A stretch of DNA of 64,000 nt from Candidatus Latescibacterota bacterium (GTDB taxonomy: Bacteria > Latescibacterota > UBA2968): assembly GCA_965205975.1 (NCBI GenBank), contig OZ242195.1, positions 1,056,001 through 1,120,000 of the forward strand, read 5' to 3'. Positions within the stretch are counted from its first letter, which is position 1; each line of letters starts with the position of its first letter. The translations under genes and the position numbers were made by a program. Shown here in pieces: positions 58,470 to 64,000 of this stretch. The notes below the pieces were generated by a model. The model had not been told where the DNA came from. It did no database searches and saw only the letters and a list, made by a program, of their open reading frames with translations.

Positions 58470-59897
58470 ATGAAGCGTAGAGAGTTTCTCGGTGTCGTCG
58501 GTGCTGGTGTATGTGGGGTGGCGGTGGCTAATGCGTTTGGTCAAGTTACTTCTAAGCGTCCCAAACAACCTAATTTTATTTTTATGGTTTCTGACGATCA
58601 GGGGTGGGATGGCCTTTCGGTGCAGATGCACGATGCAGTTGCTGACTCAAAGAGCGACTTTTATCAGACCCCTAATCTCGAAAAATTGGCACAACAAGGC
58701 ATGCGTTTTTCGGCTGCTTATTCGCCTTCGCCTGTATGTTCGCCCACGCGGTGCAGTCTTCAAACGGGCAAGAGTCCGGCGCAGAACCACTGGACAAAAG
58801 CATCTCCTATCATGACCGCTGCAGATGGCTATAAACTCATCCCTCCTATGCATGGCAAAAATCTCTCCAATGGTGAGACGACGATTGCTGAGATGTTGAA
58901 ACAGGCTGGTTATACCACAGCGCATTATGGCAAATGGCATCTCGGTGGTGGCGGACCGGGACGTCACGGTTATGACGTACACGATGGAAATACGGGCAAC
59001 GGGAATGCGGCTCCTTTTGTCGATCCCAATCCGGTAGATATTTTCGGTATGTCCAGACGTGCCAATGCGTTTATGGAGGAGAATACAAAAGCTGGCAAGC
59101 CGTTTTTTATTCAGTTGTCTTATTATGCCTTGCATTATCCCCAGAATGCGCTGGCGAGTACGCGGCAGGCATACGAAAATCGGTTGACAGGGCACAACTA
59201 TCGGGAGATCAACCGTGCGGCGATTACCGAAGACCTGGATACGGGTGTGGGTATGATTATGGATCAAGTTGAGAAACTCGGTATTGGAGATCACACGTAT
59301 CTGATTTACATGTCAGATAATGGAGCGAGTGGAAGAGGTCGGGGTGTGTTGCGTGGGTCAAAGGGTTCTCTGTGGGAGGGTGGTATTCGCGTGCCATTGA
59401 TTATCCAGGGACCTGGTATAGAGCCAAATACGTTTTGTCACGAGCGGGTGGTCGGCTTTGATTTGTTTCCCACGCTTTGCGAATTGGGCGGTGTGAGCCA
59501 GCCGTTGCCATCAGGTATTGAGGGCGGTAGCATCACGTCGTTATTATCAGGTGGTAAGGGCGTGGTTGAGAGACCGCGTGAGGAACTTGTGTTTCATTTT
59601 CCACATTATCAAAGCGGGGATGGACCGCATTCGGCAATCATGTTGGGCGATTACAAGCTGATTAAACTTTATGAGACCGATGAAGTGCGCCTGTTTGATC
59701 TGAGTAAGGATATAGGTGAGGAGAATGATCTGGCAGGTCGCAAACCTGAGGTTGTTGAGAAATTGCACGATCAACTGAATGAATATTTAGCATCCGTTGA
59801 TGCCCAAATGCCCCAGCCCAATCCGTATTACGATCCGAGTTGGCCGGTCGGTGGGCGAAGGGGGAGAAATAATCGGAGGAGAAGGAATCAGAGATGA
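58470..59897 (+). CDS. Tat-exported sulfatase (paralog of 52901)
   Basis: MKRREFL Tat motif, CSPTR, GKWH and SDNG. Long near-identical DNA stretches shared with the 52901 gene. Confidence 0.92.
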   Translation: MKRREFLGVVGAGVCGVAVANAFGQVTSKRPKQPNFIFMVSDDQGWDGLSVQMHDAVADSKSDFYQTPNLEKLAQQGMRFSAAYSPSPVCSPTRCSLQTGKSPAQNHWTKASPIMTAADGYKLIPPMHGKNLSNGETTIAEMLKQAGYTTAHYGKWHLGGGGPGRHGYDVHDGNTGNGNAAPFVDPNPVDIFGMSRRANAFMEENTKAGKPFFIQLSYYALHYPQNALASTRQAYENRLTGHNYREINRAAITEDLDTGVGMIMDQVEKLGIGDHTYLIYMSDNGASGRGRGVLRGSKGSLWEGGIRVPLIIQGPGIEPNTFCHERVVGFDLFPTLCELGGVSQPLPSGIEGGSITSLLSGGKGVVERPREELVFHFPHYQSGDGPHSAIMLGDYKLIKLYETDEVRLFDLSKDIGEENDLAGRKPEVVEKLHDQLNEYLASVDAQMPQPNPYYDPSWPVGGRRGRNNRRRRNQR

Positions 59898-60048
59898 TTT
59901 TGTATTCGTTAGAAGAACCGAAAACAGATTTGAGAATACCCATCTTTTTTATAGTTGTAACGCTTGACAATCCCACCAGCGGTGTTCCAATTGGACAGGT
60001 AAGATATTTCCTTGGGCTTGAGGAATTGGAGACTACAGGAGGTGGCAA

Positions 60049-62643
60049 ATGATGAGGCGAAAATTGAGGATGCTCGGATTGGTTTTTTGCGTGATGAGTA
60101 TGTTATGTGCCAGTTATGCGGAAGGGCACATGCTCTACAGTGATGAAAGTGATGTGACAGATTTCAATGGCGACGGAGAAACGGATTTTGAGGATTTTAT
60201 CTTGTTCGCGTCTGCATTTGGTTCACAACAGGTGCAGTTCGATCTAAATGGGAATGGTCTGGTGGATCTTCCCGACTTTCTGGTGTTTATATCTTCATTT
60301 GGACAGCCTGGGGCTGGATCCTCTGGTGGTACACAGGGCGATGCCCCTGTGAGCGCACAAGCATTCCAGCATTTTGCCGATCGGCTGAATATCCAGTGGG
60401 ATGATGATTTTTTATATATCGAGTCCGATGCTTTTCCAGATCACCGCATGATGGTGGGGATTACAGCCTGGAATCAGCAGGTGCCTTTGCCGCAGCCTTA
60501 TCAGGGCGATAATGCATGGCAGATTCCATTGAAACCTGCGGTTGCAGATGTGCCAGTTTATGCAAGCCAGACGCTGTTTCGGGGGGCTATTGGTCTGGCT
60601 ATTAACGGCGTGCCCATTTTTAATCCCATCAAACAGAATGGTCGCACAGATACGTATTTGGCTGGGGAATTAGATGAATTTGGGGGGCATGCCGGTCGTG
60701 CGGACGACTATCACTACCATATCGCGCCGTTGTTTCTGAACAAAAAAGTGGGCGATGCCGTACCTATTGCGTATGCCCTGGATGGCTATCCGATGTATGG
60801 TCTCAATGAACCCGATGGGACTCCAGCGAGGAACTTGGACGATTTGAACGGACATTTTGATGCAGATGGAAATTATCACTATCACAGCACGCTGGATTAT
60901 CCCTATGTCAATGGCGGATTTAAGGGTGTTATTGAACTTTTTAGGGGAGAAGAAGTCGCAAATCAACCCCGTACAAGGCCCGTTCGACCTTCGGGCACGG
61001 GTATGAGAGCGAATATCACAGATTTTGTGAAGGGGGCAGATGGCTGGTATCGGCTTACGTATGAGGCAAACGGTGGAACACAGGCGATTGCCTATTTTCT
61101 GAGACCAGATGGGGATTATGATTTTCAATTTACAGATGCCAGTGGCAATATCACGCGACAGGCTTACCGCTCCAATGGGAGTGTTGCAGTAGAAGGTGAT
61201 GCGGGAACGTCCGGTCAGGGCGGTGTGTCTAATGATTCAGGCCCCCAAACTGTAACCGATCCACCCGATACGGATTCCGATTCTTTGTTTGTTGCGTCCG
61301 AGTTGTTGGGACGACCAACCGACAGATCCGTGACTGTCAATGTGGTTCCATCAGCAGACCTGGAAATTTATCTGGAATACGGAACAGAATCAGGTGTTTA
61401 CACAAATCAGACATCCGTAGTGATGGGGGCACGAGATACACCGATTGAAATTGCGATGGAGGGGTTGCTTTCTGACACGCGGTATTATTATCGAACGCGC
61501 TACCGGCGCGCAGGAGAAACAGAGTTCAAAAGGCGAGGCGAATATACGTTTCACACATATCGTCCACCGGGTACAACATTCACTTTTTCAATTCAGGCCT
61601 GCGCACATTTAGATGGTCGATCCAGTCTGGAACTCTATCATCGATCACTGGAAAATGTCGCAGCATATCAGTCCGATTTTCTCATTGATCTCGGTGATAC
61701 CTTTATGTGCAATAAACACTCGGAACCACTTACGGCGACTGTAAGACCCGCACCCGATTACGCAACCGTTGAGCGTCGGTATTTGTATGAGCGCGGGAAT
61801 TTTGGAAAGATTACACATTCTATTCCGCTGTTTCTCGTCAATGGCAACCACGATGGGGAAGAGGGGTGGTCCTTGAATGGGACGCCAAACAATGTGGCTG
61901 TTTGGGCTACATTGGCGCGTAAAAAATATTATACGAATCCCATACCAGATGTGTTCTATTCCGGGGATTCCGATGAAGAGCCGTTTGTTGGTGTGAGAGA
62001 GAGTTATTATTCGTGGTCGTGGGGAGACGCGCTATTTGTTGTGATTGACCCTTATTGGTACACGGCGACAAAACCCAAACGAGGCGGCGTATCGGATAAC
62101 TGGCGCTGGACCCTTGGCGCAAAGCAATATCAGTGGCTGCGACAGGTGCTGGAGGCGAGTGATGCGACCTTTAAGTTTGTATTTTCACATCAACTGGTGG
62201 GGGGTATTCATACAGGAGAAGGACGCGGCGGTATTGAGATGGCTCCGTATTACGAATGGGGCGGAAAGAATAGAGACGACAGTTGGGGGTTTGACACAAA
62301 ACGCGCGGGATGGGACAAGCCGATTCATCAATTGATGGTGGAGAATAATGTGTCGGCTTTTTTTCACGGTCATGACCATGTGTTTGTGAAGCAGGAGTTA
62401 GATGAGGTGGTGTATCAGGTGTTGCCACAACCCAGTAATACCAATTATCGGAATGGTGACAAGATAGCTGTTGAAGGGGGGTATTTGAACGGCACTGTCC
62501 TGGGAAATTCGGGACATCTGCGTGTGACTGTTTCTCCTGATGATGTTGTGGTGGAATACATTAGAGCTTATCTGCCAAGAGATGAAGGTGCTGGACGGAC
62601 AAATGGTGAGGTGAGCTATTCTTATCGGATAGAGAAAAGATGA
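60049..62643 (+). CDS. Secreted EF-hand/dockerin-like plus YHYH plus calcineurin-like metallophosphoesterase fusion
   Basis: DYHYH and YHYH motifs, FN3-like region, DLGD, GNHD, FSHQ and HGHDH. GGAGG RBS. Confidence 0.85.
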   Translation: MMRRKLRMLGLVFCVMSMLCASYAEGHMLYSDESDVTDFNGDGETDFEDFILFASAFGSQQVQFDLNGNGLVDLPDFLVFISSFGQPGAGSSGGTQGDAPVSAQAFQHFADRLNIQWDDDFLYIESDAFPDHRMMVGITAWNQQVPLPQPYQGDNAWQIPLKPAVADVPVYASQTLFRGAIGLAINGVPIFNPIKQNGRTDTYLAGELDEFGGHAGRADDYHYHIAPLFLNKKVGDAVPIAYALDGYPMYGLNEPDGTPARNLDDLNGHFDADGNYHYHSTLDYPYVNGGFKGVIELFRGEEVANQPRTRPVRPSGTGMRANITDFVKGADGWYRLTYEANGGTQAIAYFLRPDGDYDFQFTDASGNITRQAYRSNGSVAVEGDAGTSGQGGVSNDSGPQTVTDPPDTDSDSLFVASELLGRPTDRSVTVNVVPSADLEIYLEYGTESGVYTNQTSVVMGARDTPIEIAMEGLLSDTRYYYRTRYRRAGETEFKRRGEYTFHTYRPPGTTFTFSIQACAHLDGRSSLELYHRSLENVAAYQSDFLIDLGDTFMCNKHSEPLTATVRPAPDYATVERRYLYERGNFGKITHSIPLFLVNGNHDGEEGWSLNGTPNNVAVWATLARKKYYTNPIPDVFYSGDSDEEPFVGVRESYYSWSWGDALFVVIDPYWYTATKPKRGGVSDNWRWTLGAKQYQWLRQVLEASDATFKFVFSHQLVGGIHTGEGRGGIEMAPYYEWGGKNRDDSWGFDTKRAGWDKPIHQLMVENNVSAFFHGHDHVFVKQELDEVVYQVLPQPSNTNYRNGDKIAVEGGYLNGTVLGNSGHLRVTVSPDDVVVEYIRAYLPRDEGAGRTNGEVSYSYRIEKR

Positions 62644-64000
62644 CCAGATACACACAATGGGCTTTGGGGGCGGTCTTCGCGTTATTTTGTATTTTTAGCC
62701 CAATTACGTTGAAAGCGTCACTGTCTGATTTTGATGGAAATGGCAAGGTCGATTTTGCCGATTTTCTCGCCTTTGCTGGTGCTTTTGGCACCGATCAAGC
62801 CCAATTTGATCTCAATCAAAATGGGCAGGTAGATTTTCCGGACTTTCTGATATTTGTTAGAGCATATGGCGCGAATGGTGACACATCCTTACCCGAGCCG
62901 TCTGCATTTTACAAGCTACCAGATGATTGGCAGGTTGTACCTATAGAACAACAAAATTGTGCAAAAGAGGATCTTGTTGGTGTTGATCATGTTTATGTTG
63001 AAACGGCATCAAAATTGTTGGTGTGGCTTACTGGCACGGTTGAAGATGCACATTATGAACCCATTGGTGAAGTGGCAAATTATTTTGGTTTTGCAGCACT
63101 CAGGAACGAGATTCGGGAACGCGATGGAAACAATGCAGATGCCTCTTTTCGAGGTGCAGTCTATAAGGAAGTCCTGGAGCTTTTGGATGATACTCAACGG
63201 TCGTTGTTATATGAATTATTGGCCGCGCATCGAACGGCAATCAACGGATTTTTAGAAGACCGTGTTTTGTTGGTCGATGAATTGTGGCGTTTAAAAAATA
63301 ACGTTACAATGGACTATGTTCGTGTGATGAACTTGATACAGTCAATAGGGGAATACGAAGGTACCATTACGGTCATAACGGCCCAATACTATGCAAAATT
63401 ACTACCTCTTTTGAGCGCTGAACAGGTGCAATACTTAGAAAATATTCGTCGTGGCGTTGTCACCGTAGATCAGATGCAAAATACCTCATTGCCATATGCT
63501 GCAGAAGCAAAAACTCAATTTAACGCACTTAGCCGTGATGATGCTACATTGATGCAGGAAGTGTCGAGCAAGTTCGTTGCCTGGGCAACGGGTGATTTAG
63601 ATGACGCGCTCTTTTTGCCAAGAGGTAAAATTGGCAACTACTTTGGGTTTTCAAGCTTTCGGTATGTAGATCGAACATCAGTGAGTCGTGGGGGGGCTGC
63701 GGATTTGATCGACCAGGTATTAACCCCAGATCAACAAGCCATTCTTTGTGGTCTCTCGACTAATGTTGTGGGTTATACCCAGGATTATGTTAATGGCCGA
63801 GCGACTTTGATCACGAAATTGGATGCTCTCAAAAAAGATCCCACGCTGTCAGTAGATCATCTTGTAACGGACTATGCTGACCTGGCTGGTCAGGGTGAGG
63901 GCCGCAGAGTCGTGGTAGAAGCATTAACATATCATCTCATAGAGTCTATGATGAGTGCAGAACAAATCCAAAGTCTTAAAGCACTTCGAGTCACAAATTA
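62640..64000 (+). CDS. Secreted EF-hand/dockerin-like protein with a duplicated helical domain (runs off the window)
   Basis: Manual translation from the ATGA overlap, MTRYTQWALGAVFALF...DFDGNGKVDFADF..., stays open to 64000. Absent from the ORF track. Confidence 0.8.
   Translation, partial: MTRYTQWALGAVFALFCIFSPITLKASLSDFDGNGKVDFADFLAFAGAFGTDQAQFDLNQNGQVDFPDFLIFVRAYGANGDTSLPEPSAFYKLPDDWQVVPIEQQNCAKEDLVGVDHVYVETASKLLVWLTGTVEDAHYEPIGEVANYFGFAALRNEIRERDGNNADASFRGAVYKEVLELLDDTQRSLLYELLAAHRTAINGFLEDRVLLVDELWRLKNNVTMDYVRVMNLIQSIGEYEGTITVITAQYYAKLLPLLSAEQVQYLENIRRGVVTVDQMQNTSLPYAAEAKTQFNALSRDDATLMQEVSSKFVAWATGDLDDALFLPRGKIGNYFGFSSFRYVDRTSVSRGGAADLIDQVLTPDQQAILCGLSTNVVGYTQDYVNGRATLITKLDALKKDPTLSVDHLVTDYADLAGQGEGRRVVVEALTYHLIESMMSAEQIQSLKALRVTN

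Noticed and set aside
52901..59897. Diversity-generating retroelement TR/VR pair behind the near-identical blocks
   Set aside because: There is no reverse transcriptase, and the differences do not appear adenine-specific.

Overview
Bacterial chromosomal segment with no phage, IS or CRISPR evidence. It is mostly accessory catabolic genes: five Cys-type sulfatases, four PhyH-like Fe(II)/2OG dioxygenases, several Gfo/Idh/MocA, SDR, AKR and MDR oxidoreductases, a heparinase II/III-like lyase and ABC transporters. A housekeeping core carries proS, glnS, tRNA-Pro, tRNA-Gln and tRNA-Glu. There are also two toxin-antitoxin-like pairs and a zinc-ribbon DEAD-box helicase. The DFxGDGxxDFxDF modules and the DUF6785-like membrane protein suggest a Latescibacterota/Poribacteria-like marine lineage (inference only). 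Main highlights: (1) two in-frame ORFs (51465-51671 and 51717-52745) separated by one TGA in a C-T-U thioredoxin-fold motif followed by a SECIS-like hairpin, i.e. a hidden 426-aa selenoprotein; (2) an 11-kb mosaic operon of exported YHYH, sulfatase and metallophosphoesterase proteins built from shuffled signal-peptide plus EF-hand/dockerin-like cassettes, behind an ECF-type promoter; (3) two PhyH-like enzymes with HxG in place of HxD; (4) a dispersed octamer-repeat element with a G-rich core; (5) a duplicated 33-bp promoter that restarts an interrupted operon. All family assignments come from motif recognition by eye, not from database searches.
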